This document shows positions 33,793 through 45,704 of a stretch of 64,000 nt of DNA, piece after piece. Origin of the DNA: Macrostomum lignano (Eukaryota); contig NIVC01000090.1 of the NCBI GenBank assembly GCA_002269645.1, forward strand, positions 186,001 through 250,000, in the 5' to 3' direction. The translations under genes and the position numbers were made by a program. Below the pieces are notes generated by a model. That model made no database searches and had not been told where the DNA came from. It saw only the letters and a list, made by a program, of their open reading frames with translations. Position 1 is the first letter of the stretch, and each line of letters starts with the position of its first letter.

Positions 33793-33889
33793 ATTAACTA
33801 TTAGACTACTAGGATATGTTAGAAGCTGGAAGTACAATAAATGACTTATTGAAATGCTTATTAGTTATTTTCTGTATTGATTATCCTAA

Positions 33890-34676
33890 GGCTCATTCTA
33901 TATAAGATGGACATATTTGGAAAATAGAAAAAAGTCAATATTTTTGCTTGCCATTGTCTAATTAGCCTATTTTTTTACCAAATGTTTATATTGTGCAATA
34001 TATACAATCTAAGAATAAAGGAATGGTAAAATGTTGGATTAGTACGTTATCAATTGGCAAAAAGTCATTTTTGTAAAAATTTGGACATTTTTCGAAGCAA
34101 AAGACATCATTAAGATTTTGTACCTTTTAAAAACAAATAGAAAGCTTTTGAAGGTTGAAACAAACTATAGATAAAAGTATAGTACTTGCATCATCAGATA
34201 AAAGCATTGGTGACCAAATAATCTATTATATTTTTAATGTATTAGTACCTCAAAGTTACTGAATTGACAGAAAAAAATATGTTACGACCATAATGTTACG
34301 ACCATAAGGCTGCCTTTTCTTTTGTATCTTTGTTGCCTTTTGAGTTTATATATTCTAATAAAAGAGTATGATTTCTAAAGATGTTCTTAGTCAAATTTTA
34401 AAAATGTATTCCAAAATATCAAAAATGAAAAATGTTATAAGACTTTTACCTTTTAGTTTCTATATGTCAAAAATCCTGTCGTTACGACCATAAGTGTCAT
34501 TTAAGGTTTAATAGCATCTATACTAATGATGATATCTATATGAAACTCTATAAATATATTCTAGACAAAATAATCTTTCATTTAAAATATTGGTTTAGTA
34601 TATTCTATTATTAGATTTCATTTTATAAGTAAAAATAACCTGTCATGTTACGACCATGCTTATATGGAATGAGCCC
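33890..34676. mobile_element. MITE with GGCTCATTC.ATATAAG TIRs and a 9-bp TSD (Mutator-like)
   Basis: ggctcattctatataagatgg ... ccatgcttatatggaatgagccc. Flanks ttatcctaa and taatcctaa. Confidence 0.7.
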
Positions 34677-34883
34677 TAATCCTAATTTATCTAAGCTCTA
34701 TTGATAAAAAACTATAAATTTTTACTTATAATATGTTTTACAATAAAGCTTAATTCCTTTATTGTTATTCATTCTTTTGGTTCATTCCTTCATTCTTTAT
34801 AGTTATCTATGATTCTAACTGCTATCTAAAGTCACTAAAAGCCCTAGCTTTCTATTTTCTTATAAGTCTTGCTATGCTTATGC

Positions 34884-35160
34884 ATACATGCGCAACTGCT
34901 GGCCAACCTGGCCGATCTGGCCATTGTAAATTGTGGTAAACCAGGGGTAAGTCACAAAAATGCCTAGCCTAAAGAATATAGACTTATTCTAGATGACATT
35001 CTAGATGGGCTAGATGACGAGGCATTTAGCCCTGATAAGACAATCATAGTTACTCTTGTCGTTTACCCAAAATTGAATTAGGGGTTTTTTACAAGTAAGT
35101 CACATTTTTGGTCAAAAAGTAAGTCGCATGGCCAGTGTAAATCAGGGGGTGTGCATGTAT
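34884..35160. mobile_element. MITE of the same family as 5341-5621
   Basis: atacatgcgcaac ... gtgtgcatgtat. 10-bp flanks atgcttatgc and atgctcatgc. Shares the internal block ggtaagtcacaaaaatgcc. Confidence 0.8.
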
Positions 35161-35338
35161 ATGCTCATGCCATTTTAATAAACAAATCCAAGATCAAATA
35201 TAACTAATAGTAGGGATTGTAATCCTAGGATTTCTAGTCCTAGGATTTGGGTTCCCAAATCCTGGGAGTTATTTTTATTATTATTTTTACAAAAAGTGTT
35301 GTAATATAAACATAATGGGGCCCACAACTAATTTATTA

Positions 35339-38300
35339 CCCACATAACCAAAAACCTCGCCACAACATTAGGGCAATATTGCCTAGCAATTTGACTAAGC
35401 ATCGCCAAGCAATCGCTCTTATTTTGACAGGATTGTCACATTGCCTGGGGATATCATCTGGCAAGCAATTAGTAATGAATTGACAATACAGTTAAAATTC
35501 TGGTTTAAATGATATCATTAAAATTATTGAAAGAATCAACAGACACAACACAATACTGCAAATTTATTATTCCATAAGATATGTAACAGGGGGGATTCTT
35601 CCTTCTTAATAATATCCCACCGCTGCCACCAAGTTGTAGTAGGCGTGTTTCCTGTGCACTGAGAATCCTACTAAATGCCACCAAAGTTGTAACAGGGGTG
35701 ATTCTTTCTTCTTAATAATATCCCACTGCTGTTACCAAAGTTGTCTTAGGGCTAGCTTCTGTCTCTAATAATAATTTCACACTGTCACCAAAGTTGTACT
35801 AGGGCTAAACTAATCTTTTAAGTTGGTAGCTGCCACCAGGATTATCCAATTAATAAATTGTGAGTTTATCAATCTTAGAATAATCCGAGAAATGTTTCTT
35901 AGAATTGATCTGAGTATATAGTCTGAGTATTTAGTCTAAGTATTTAGTCTGAGTATTATTCTTAGAAAAACTGTTAGCCCTGAAAGATTTTACTCTTCTA
36001 ATTATTCTGGTAGCGTTCTATTATTCTGGTAGCGTTCTATATAATAATGGCCTGAGTGGTATTTTGGCTTACTGGTATATGTATTTCATGTACTTTGCAA
36101 GTCCTTGGGCGTTACTGAGATCAGAGGGTCACAGCCTCCGTTATTCTTATACATATTACTTCAGATCTACTTCGCAACTTCTTACTACTCAACACTTTCC
36201 TTCTCAGTAGTATATACGGTACACACTTCCGTCTACTTCACTCTTTCTTAAAAAAAGAATTAACACAGAAAACACTTCTTCAATTTTTATTTTCTCGGAA
36301 CTCTTACTATTCGTTATCAATTACTTATTGAACCGCGATGTGCGAGGTTGGTCTCTCTTCTGCCGAAAACGCTTCTATTATACTAAAATTTGCAACAGTT
36401 TTAAACAAAAATTCGTTAGTGCAAAATATTATAGAAAATACGAGTATTAAAACAAAATGTTTCTTAGTTTTGGCGTGAATTCAAATTGACTAAATGGTGA
36501 CTATTTTATAAAGAAATCGGGAGGGGCCCTGCACAGATAGCCTATAGCTTTCCTTCAAGTCGCTAGGGACAAAAATGCCACAAGTTCTTATTAATGCCTC
36601 TTTCGATTTTTCAATATTTTTTTCACTTCTAATGATGCTATTTACAGCAGCATGTATGGTGAAAATTCAGCTATAAAAATGCAATAGGCAGGGAGAGAAA
36701 AATATAATATAGGAGAAAAATGACAATAGTTAGACTTGAGCACTAAAGACTTTCATTTGACAAATATTGAAAACAAATTTGAGGCTAGTTGGCAATAAGA
36801 AAAACATACATTTGACAACTTTGACAAAAAGTATGATGCATTTTTGTTAGACTCCCCAAATCTTTAAATGACTTGAAATTCGTAACTTAATCAATTTTTG
36901 CCCTTTAAAACCTAAGCCAAGTCAAAATGACACTCATAACAATAAAATTTCTTGATAATACCAGGCTGGCATGAACCCGTCGCAATTTGGTCATGCTAAT
37001 AGAATGATAGTGCATGTCATTATATAACTAAGTCTAAGGCAAAAAACCCAGATGACTAAAAAAACCAAATATTAAATATTTCTGACTTCTTTAACAAGCA
37101 ATTTGACAGTGAATATCAGTTACTTCACAATGGAAAAATTAAATATAACAAAGTAAAATTCCATTTACTTCAACTTATCATGCTTGTATAAAATATCACC
37201 CGCATGCATCAGACTGCGGATGATTGAATAATCAATTTCCTTGTCCATAAACATGGTGTTGCCCAAACAATTTATTATATATTGTGCACTGCAGAGAAAA
37301 ACGAATATAGTAAAATATGCCTACAGAACTTATAAACCAGAATAAATAAAACTTGGCACTCAAATTAAAAAAATAAGGCCTTTTCTGTATATCCAAGAAG
37401 ACTTAAATGATTTTTACTGACCATGCAGTAACTGCCTAGAAAAAAAGTTGAGTAACCTAAAGATTCAGTTCTTTTAGGACTAAAAGTTAGTATTAACTTT
37501 TATATATAGCAGGTATATGAGCATTGAACAATTTTTCCCACTATTAGTTTCTCATGTTTCTTGTCCCTAAGCCACTCAAGCAGACTGTCCATTTGCTCCA
37601 TTGACTTGACTGGCAGGCAGTGGGAAATGTCCGGTAGGTCCTGTTAGTGTAGTCCATTCAAAATGACCAATAGTTTTCTTGTGATGACTTCGACAATCTC
37701 ACAGATGGACACCAGCTCCCATAGGACTTTGATCTCAAAACCTACAACAAATTCAGAATAACCAAGACAAATTGTGTATAAAAGTTTTATCTAAGCTTTT
37801 GACTTATATGATAGGCCCATGTTGGCAGAACTCTATGCCAAGTCAAGTGTGTGCTGAGGCATCATGATTATGGAGGCAACAGCGGGCGTCAAAGCAGGCT
37901 TTGAAGGCCTAGAAACTAGAAAGTATGGTAAAACTAGCAGCCATTGATCCTCCTGTCAAACTCAATTTGTTGCTGCTCTTGGGGGTTCTCCATTGTTACA
38001 ACATGGCAGTTGGCCAGAGTACTGCAGCCTGTAGAGCCATTCAACTGGGAAGAGTCACTGGTTGGCCTGGAAACAGAGGAGGCATGGCTGTCTCCAAACC
38101 TGACTCCAAGTCTAATCTGACTATAAGCATTGGTTGGGAGCACTTTGTTGAGGAGCACTTATGCTTGGTTGCCGCAATCCCCAAATTGGCCGAGTCAGAA
38201 GATAACCAATGCTGCTGGCTCTCTGGTAGCACCTTCTTGATGAACCGCAAAGTCTATGAACAATGACATGTTCACATGTCAATGGTTCAGCATCTGTAGT

Positions 38301-41128
38301 AAGTTCGTCCTGGCCAGTCTTGGCTTTCTTGCAATGTTTACGCACCGTAACTTTATTGTCTAAAGGGAAAAATCAAATTGCATATCCACATATAGAACAA
38401 ATCAATTAGAAGCAATGTTGTGCACATCTATCATATAATCCATCACAAAATTATCCTAAAATTCTATGATCTACCTACATGTATAGCCTGCAATCTAGCA
38501 ATGCCATGCTGCTATTTTTTGAAAGTTTTACTATATTCTAGTAAATAATCTAACACATATATAGGTTATTATAATTAAAAGTATGCAGTTCAGTTAGTCA
38601 CCAATTAAGTAATTCAAAGGAAGTCTAGAACTTGAGGTATTTACCACACTTTGATAGAATGGTAAAGGAATGGGCCTCCCAGTCAGTCTCCAGAATTGAA
38701 CCTTTGCTTCTAAGGACCTTCAGTCGTTGGTTGCTCACTTAAGGCCATTGGCATGTTGTTAGGCTAATCATCCATGCTTTGGGAGCATACTTGACAAACT
38801 GGCCCCCAAAGTCAAGAATGTAGAACAGCTGAAAGAAAGGATATAATTGCTCACATAAATAAAAATATGAAAAAAATTTATTAAACCAGTAAAACTAGCA
38901 TTTTTATTCCCAATGATGCTAAAATCTTAAGCTTTGCCTCTTCTTATTCAACCTATACAATATGTGCAAACTCAATGTTAGAAAATCAAAGCAACAACCA
39001 AGAGCTCTTTAACAATATAGAAGCAGCAGTTGAGGGAAGTGCTAAAAAATACTTACTTTTCCTTATATTCATTATATTACCATATATTAAAGTTCCATAT
39101 AAAATAGTTCCATTTTATATCAGTTCATGAATTTGTAGCTATAGTCTAGATAGAGGTCTTTTGGTATTGAGAGTTCAATTAATGAATCCATTTTTACTAT
39201 AAAAAATAACTAGGATAATCCTAATATCAATGCTAAGGACTGTAGCTATAACCTGTATAGGGAACAGGGTGTTAGGGTAGGTAGAAGTGTAATATATTGT
39301 ATTAATATAGTACTAATCTTTAATAGAAGCCCACTTCTATTTAAGATCAATAGCTACTATAAAATATATTTCAAATTGAGATCTAGTCAAACTTTGCAAT
39401 GACTAGGCCTAGCCCTAGGGTAGCTAACCTAAACACCAGACACCATGGCATAGGAAATGGCTAAGTCAAGAATTATAGATAGGGAAAAGGACAATAGCTA
39501 TAGCCACATATAGTATATACTATTAGCTATCTGTATTGTAACTGATCTTTAATAGAGAATCACTGTTCTATTCAATTTCAAGATCAATGGCTATTATATT
39601 CTATAAAATAAGTTTCTAATTAGCATTCAGCAAGTCAAAGTCTAAAATGAGTTAATCCTAATACTTGGGACCATGGGGAATGTGGGTTTTGGTTGGAAAG
39701 GCCTACTGTTCTAATCAAGAAAATCAATATCACTATCAATAGCTAGGTAATAGGTATAAATCATTTCCACTTGTCAAAAATTCTCCAAAATCTACTAAAT
39801 ATCCTACATTAGTACTACTAATATTTGACAAAAGCAGTTTAAGATTTGGATATCAGCAAGTATTTTATATACACCTGATCTTAAAGAAGTCCACAAAAAC
39901 TATCTTCTACTTGTAGAATATAGGCTATAGCTAGCTTAGCTATTTAGAATTTTCCAATACCTAATCAATACAAGATCAGGCTGAAATGAACAATGAAGGA
40001 AATTTAAGTTAAGCCCTAATCAACTACATTGGCAGTTGGGACTAATGTGATAATTACAGAATTTGAAATTTATTGCTACTGATTCACAGTGACTGCTGGG
40101 CCTAGTTTTAACTTTGCACATGATTTTGCATAGTCACAACTTTGCAAAAAGCGAGTTTATTGCAGCCCTAAGTCCATTAATAGTTATAATTTCTCTAAAA
40201 GAGCCAAAATGCATTTGAATTCCAAAAATGTAATTAAAAGTATGTGTCTACCAACATTTTGAGATGCAAAATTGGCATCTAGATATGCAAAACAAATCTC
40301 TAAAAAAGTGCCAAAACACAGTTAGGCAAAATAAAACTCTAAGCACTGGACTACTATTACTATCTAACACTATTTACCACAGTTTTTTGTTTCACAAATA
40401 ATCTTGAGCATAAGACATGTATAACATATGTAAAAGGGAACATGCAATGATGATCTGTCTTAATTCACTGCTAGTTGTGTGCAGTGTCATTTTTAAAAGA
40501 GCATACATTTAATGCATATTTTATCACAGTAATAAATGAAGTTCGCAATCAGAAACACAAAGCAGGACAAGATGACAAACAAACTTTTTTTTCATATATT
40601 AAAACTACAGATTTACCTTGATATACATCTTATTTGCATCAAAGTTTCAAAGTTACTTAAAAACAGTGCCAGCCAATTGCTAAAATATTGCACTGCGATG
40701 CACAAACTTGTTTATATCTATGGTACAATAGACCAAGAAAATAATGCTAAAACTGAAGAGTGTCACTTGCTTTCAACCCACCATTCAGTGACCTTGATTT
40801 GCAAATTTAAAAGTCAAGTGGGCTAAAATTCATGTGAACTAAGCATGGATTGCATTCCCAATGTTGTTTTATTGCTTAGCAATGGTACAATTATTGCCAA
40901 GGCATCAAAACTTGAGGTTTTGGCGTTTCGCAAGAATGTGCACAAGATGGGCCAATATAGGTTCAAACTTTGTTTTAGTGCCTTTTAGACATATAATAGG
41001 ACTTTAGAGGCAATTTCTTAGTGATCGATATTGCTTTGATATTGTTTAAATATTGCCAGGCAAGATATCACCCAATATTGCCACCTGATAGGGAGACAAG
41101 CCTTTGGCGAGATCCTTGGTTATGTGGG
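35339..41128. mobile_element. About 5.8-kb CACTA/EnSpm-type element (CCCACATAACC TIRs) nested in the hAT element
   Basis: cccacataaccaaaaacctcgcca ... tggcgagatccttggttatgtggg, with subterminal caatattgcc/ggcaatattg repeats. The 2-bp flanks (ta/tg) are imperfect. CCC-starting TIRs are typical of animal EnSpm elements. Confidence 0.65.
37165..38830 (-). pseudogene. Spliced, stop-disrupted DUF4806-like transposon accessory gene
   Basis: Hand translation gives LFYILDFGGQFVKYAPKAWMISLTTCQWP*, then RKHCKKAKTGQDELTTDAE, then FEIKVLWELVSICEIVEVITRKL...*QDLPDISHCLPVKSMEQMDSLLEWLRDKK, then DKEIDYSIIRSLMHAGD. These motifs occur in the order I recall for DUF4806 proteins; no HMM was run. Confidence 0.55.
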
Positions 41129-42336
41129 TGTACTATGCTAATTTCTATTAAAGTTTTTCACATGGTGTGGCACTTTTTTAACCTTGCATCACAGATTTAA
41201 ATGTGAAATTTATTCCTATGTAAATTTTGATATATAATTAGCTTCTTTACTTCTAATTAGTATTTTTATGCTATTTACATCATAAGAGAATGCTATTTTT
41301 TATCTACAAAGAGATCATTATCTCTATAAAAATCCAAAATCGAAAATCAAATGCCTATACATTTAGCGCATATTTTTCCTTAAAATTTCAACCCAGAAGC
41401 TTAAAAATCTGTACTTTTCTGATCCCAGGATTGAATCCTGGGATTGGCCACATTCCAGGATTAAATTTCGGTATCTTGGGATTGCAAAAACCAGGATTTT
41501 GCAATCCCTAACTAATAGAAATAAATTTTAATACTTGCTTCTTCAAGTAGTATTTTATAAAATTTATGGAAAAGTCAAATAAGTAATCCTTAAGCCATAA
41601 CTGTTATTGATTTTTAATCCAATAGCAATGGTTTATATATTATTCAATATAATATACTATAAAGGGCCTAAAGTAAAAAGGGGTCAGATAAGATCTTAAT
41701 CTTAATCATTAAGATCTTGGCACTTTTTGAACCTCAATCTTGGTTTTGAGATCTTAAAAAAAGTTTAAGATTATCTGGTAATGTATTTAACATTTTTTAT
41801 TATATAAGATCAATTTTATATTTATATTTTGATATACATTATATTACCAACAAGTTCAATATTCAATAATCATTGTTTTTTCTTCTATTATCAATATCAT
41901 GATTGTAGAAATTTAAATAACAAATAACAATACTAGCATTGATAGAAAAGCTAGTATAAATAGGCCTATTAGATCCTAATAAAGGCCTTCTTAAATCTCA
42001 ATCAAATCTCAATTTTCTCAAAAGTATAGATCTTGAGTCTCAAAAATCTAGAAAATGTGATATCATCAAACCTTAGATGTTAAGAGTGATAGCAATGGTT
42101 TAATATATAAATTATTTAAAGGTCAAAGATGTGTATATGACACCATAATTCATAATTCTCTGTTGCTTGAGTCCCTGACAGCAGGGACTAAAAGAGCTTT
42201 TCCAGGCCCCTTGCATTAAAAGTGGAAACATTTCAACTTTAGCTTTGACTTAAAAGCGTCCATTTAAAATTTTGCACTAACTATTCTAACATATGATTTA
42301 TGGTTTTGATAAAAAATATCTAAATCTACTCAAGCA

Positions 42337-43958
42337 ATGTCAAATCAAAGCCTAGCAGCCATAGTTGTTGGTTACACGGGCGAGACTGGTAAAGAGCTTG
42401 TGAAAGCGCTTGCCCACACCCAGGCTTTCTCGCGGATTTCCCTTCTTGGCCGTCGGGATGTCCAACTACCTGACGAGGTTGTGTCTAGCGGAAAATTCGA
42501 ACAGAAACGTGTTGACTTCGATGCTTTAGATTCGAATCCTGAGTCTCAGTCTGAACTGTTTGCTGGTCACGATGTGACATTCTGCTGTCTGGGCACTACC
42601 CGCGCCAAATCTGGGGCTGATGGTTTTGTGAAAGTTGATCACGACTATGTTATGGCAACTGCCAAAGCTTCTAAGACTTCGCATGTCAAACAGTTCCATC
42701 TTGTTAGCTCTGCTGTGAGTTCTGGTGTTAATTTAATTGTTTTTGAGCTTAGATATTTGAGCATATTAGACATATTTCAGGGCTTAGCTACATAGAGGCA
42801 AACATATAAACAGGCACATACAGACATAGACAGGCACAGACAGACATATTGACAGGCACAGACAGACATATAGACAGGCACATACAGACATATAGACAGG
42901 TAGACAGACATAGAGACAGGCACAGACAGACATATAGACAGGCACAGGCAGACATATAGACAGGCACATACAGACATATAGGCAGGCACAGACAGACATA
43001 TTGACAGGCACAGACAGACATATAGACAGGCACATACAGACATATAGACAGGTAGACAGACATATAGGCAGGCACAGACAGACATATAGACAGGCACAGA
43101 CAGACATTGACAGGCACAGATAGACATATAGACAGGCACATCTATAGACATAGACAGGCACAGACAGACATATAGACAGTCACAGACAGACATATAGACA
43201 GGCACATACAGACATATAGACAGGCACATCTATAGACAGACAGGCACAGACAGACATATAGACAGGTACATCTATATACATAGACAGGCACAGACAGACA
43301 TATAGACAGGCACATCTATAGACATAGACAGGCACAGACAGACATATAGACAGGCACATACAGACATATAGACAGGCACATCTATAGACATAGACAGGCA
43401 CAGACAGACATATAGACAGGTACATCTATATACATAGACAGGCACAGACAGACATATAGACAGGCACATCTATAGACATAGACAGGTACAGACAGACATA
43501 TAGACAGGCACATACAGACATAGACAGTCACAGAAACATATGGACAGGCAGAGACCAATAGATTAACAGGCGGACTACACTGGCAATAATAATATAGAAA
43601 TTTTTCATCAATACTTAACTGTACAAACGATTTCGGAATGCAGGGCGCCAACAAGAACAGCATGCTGCTGTATCCGCGCATCAAAGGTCAAGTAGAGGAG
43701 AACCTGGCTAATCTAGGCTTCGATCGTTTAGCAATCTACCGGCCCAAGATGCTGATTTGCAAACGAGAAGAATCCCGGCCAGCTGAAGCCGCGGCTATGG
43801 TGCTGCTGAAACCGTTTCAAACTCTTTGCCCAACTTGGCTGACCACGCCAGTGTCCACCCTGGCGCAGGCAATGATCAATGCGGCTCTGGCTGGCGGTTC
43901 TCAACGCGATTTGTACTGTAATGCTGAGATTTTCCAGTTGGCCGCTAGGAATAATTAA
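42337..43958 (+). CDS. HTATIP2: Oxidoreductase HTATIP2/TIP30/CC3 homolog (atypical SDR, about 230 aa, 2 exons)
   Basis: Exons 42337-42714 and 43644-43958 (phase 0). Motifs VVGYTGETG, FCCLGTTRAKSGADGFVKVDHDYV, LYPRIKGQVE and IYRPKMLICKREESRP match the TIP30 family. Confidence 0.92.
42785..43560. repeat. ACAG/ATAG-based minisatellite (acagacagacatatagacaggc) in the HTATIP2 intron
   Basis: Direct inspection; source of the spurious minus-strand CLSICLSV ORFs. Confidence 0.95.
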
Positions 43959-44062
43959 CTTGAACAGAAACTGTTGGCGTAGCTAAGAATGCTGTCAGAA
44001 TTATAATATAATAATAGAATGATCATTATTATTATTGCTACTGATATTATTGTTGTTATTAT

Positions 44063-44330
44063 CAGGGGTCGGCAAACTCGAAGCCTCGATCCGGCCCGCT
44101 CAGGGTTTGTCTCTGCTCAGCTCTTTCTCCTCTTCTCTCGCCTCTCCTCTCTACCCTCTCCCCTTTCTCTCCACTCTTCCCTCTCTTCTCTCTTCTCTCC
44201 TCTTTTATATTTTCTCTCATCCCATTCCCCCCGCCTCTCCTCTCTTCTCTCATATTTCGTCTTCTATTCCCTCTCCTTTCCACTCTCATCTGGCCGTTCA
44301 GCTTGAAGTAGAAAAGTTTGCCGACCCCTG
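44063..44330. mobile_element. hAT-type MITE with a CT-rich core
   Basis: Perfect 15-bp TIR CAGGGGTCGGCAAAC / GTTTGCCGACCCCTG; no clean TSD. Confidence 0.8.
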
Positions 44331-44714
44331 TGCCCCTGTATTATTAAAATTATTAAACGTACATTTAGAGTGTGCAGTATATAATATATTATAGTCGTTG
44401 TGTGCCTCGTTGTCTTATTATTATTATTAAGTAAAGTTCCTTCTTAAAATTTAATCGGTCATTGAGTTATGTTTTATAATTGTGCTTATAATTTCTAAAT
44501 GTTTATATATTGTACGTGCGTACGTATATTAGTCTAGAAAACTTACTTTATAAGACAAATATATATATACAGTCTCTATTTTGTAGTATTTACATTCGCT
44601 ATATAAAATAAATATAATAACTTCTGTTCTCTTTAAGATGACACAGGGATTAGCTCTATTGGTACATGTGGGAACTGCATGCTTACAGTAGGGTACATGA
44701 CTTTGTGCGATAAG

Positions 44715-44972
44715 AAAAGAATAATCTGCGAGTCATTTTAGACTGGTATTGAAGGCTGCTATTTCACGGCTGCTTAGTCCAAGTACTGGGGGTCACCACA
44801 CAGCCTCAATTACCCCAGCTAATGCTGGCACCCGTTTTACAGCTGGATGAACTGAAGCAATGCAGAGTTGTTAAGTGCCCTATGTTTAAGAACACAAATT
44901 GTAGCAAGTGGGTCGAGAATCGAACCCCCGACCTTTTAGTCGCGAGTCCGACACAAACCACTAGGCTGCACA
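44715..44972 (-). mobile_element. tRNA-derived SINE (family 1)
   Basis: Minus strand has an A-box-like TAGTGGTTTG, a B-box GGTTCGATTC and a central gcttcagttcatccagctgtaaaacgggtgcc block shared with 55623-55790 and 55945-56100. Confidence 0.75.
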
Positions 44973-45704
44973 CTTATATATAGGCTTATGCATAACCTTT
45001 GATATTCAAGTGCCACTGAAGAAAGTGCGCCAGCGGAAAGCCGCGGCCATTCGAGAAGTTCAATAAATCTTGTTTCTGTGATAGGAGATGCTGGATCACA
45101 AAAATTGGTAACCTGTCTACTAGTACATGGAAGATTTCAAATTGAATAACGAGGCGATCGTCCTCTCCGCTGAAGTGCCACCTGATGTGACCTATTTGGC
45201 TTTCTTAGATGGCGTTGTAAAGGGCTTGTAAAGTCCGGGAGTTGAATAATCAAGGAATTCAATTTGTGCTGAAACTAAAATCTAAAAATCGATCTGAAAT
45301 GAAGCGAAATTGGATCTTTAACTAAATTTCATCTTACTGACCACTACCATGCACTTTGTGAATAAGGCCAGCTTGTTTTATTTGGTGGCACTAATGTGAA
45401 TTAGAATTTACTGTGCACTCACAGCCAGTGCGTGTTCCTTGATTCTGTTGATCAGAGGTCAAAAATGGGATTACCAATACGCTCGTAAATCGAATATGCT
45501 TTCTATTGTACTATATAAATTCATTTGAATCCACTGCGCATGGCTTCACAACACTGGGATCCTTGCCATAAACTATGGGATTATTTTTTAACCGGAATTC
45601 AGGCCAAATAAAGTACGTTTATAAATGATTAGCTTAGATGCATATCGTTTTCGCGTCGGTCGGACATGCCCGCGGAGCTAAGAGTGGAGCGCTACTACTG
45701 AAGC

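Larger units (their letters stand above)
35211..41510. mobile_element. hAT-type element (TAGGGATTG TIRs) with a perfect 8-bp TSD, split by a nested insertion
   Basis: Starts tagggattgtaatcctaggattt and ends ccaggattttgcaatcccta. ACTAATAG sits on both sides (35203-35210 and 41511-41518). Confidence 0.85.

Noticed and set aside
42777-43684. Minus-strand CLSICLSV ORFs
   Set aside because: Translation of the HTATIP2 intronic minisatellite.
44900-44972. tRNA gene on the minus strand
   Set aside because: Has A/B boxes but no complete cloverleaf and continues into a body shared with other dispersed copies, so it is a SINE head.
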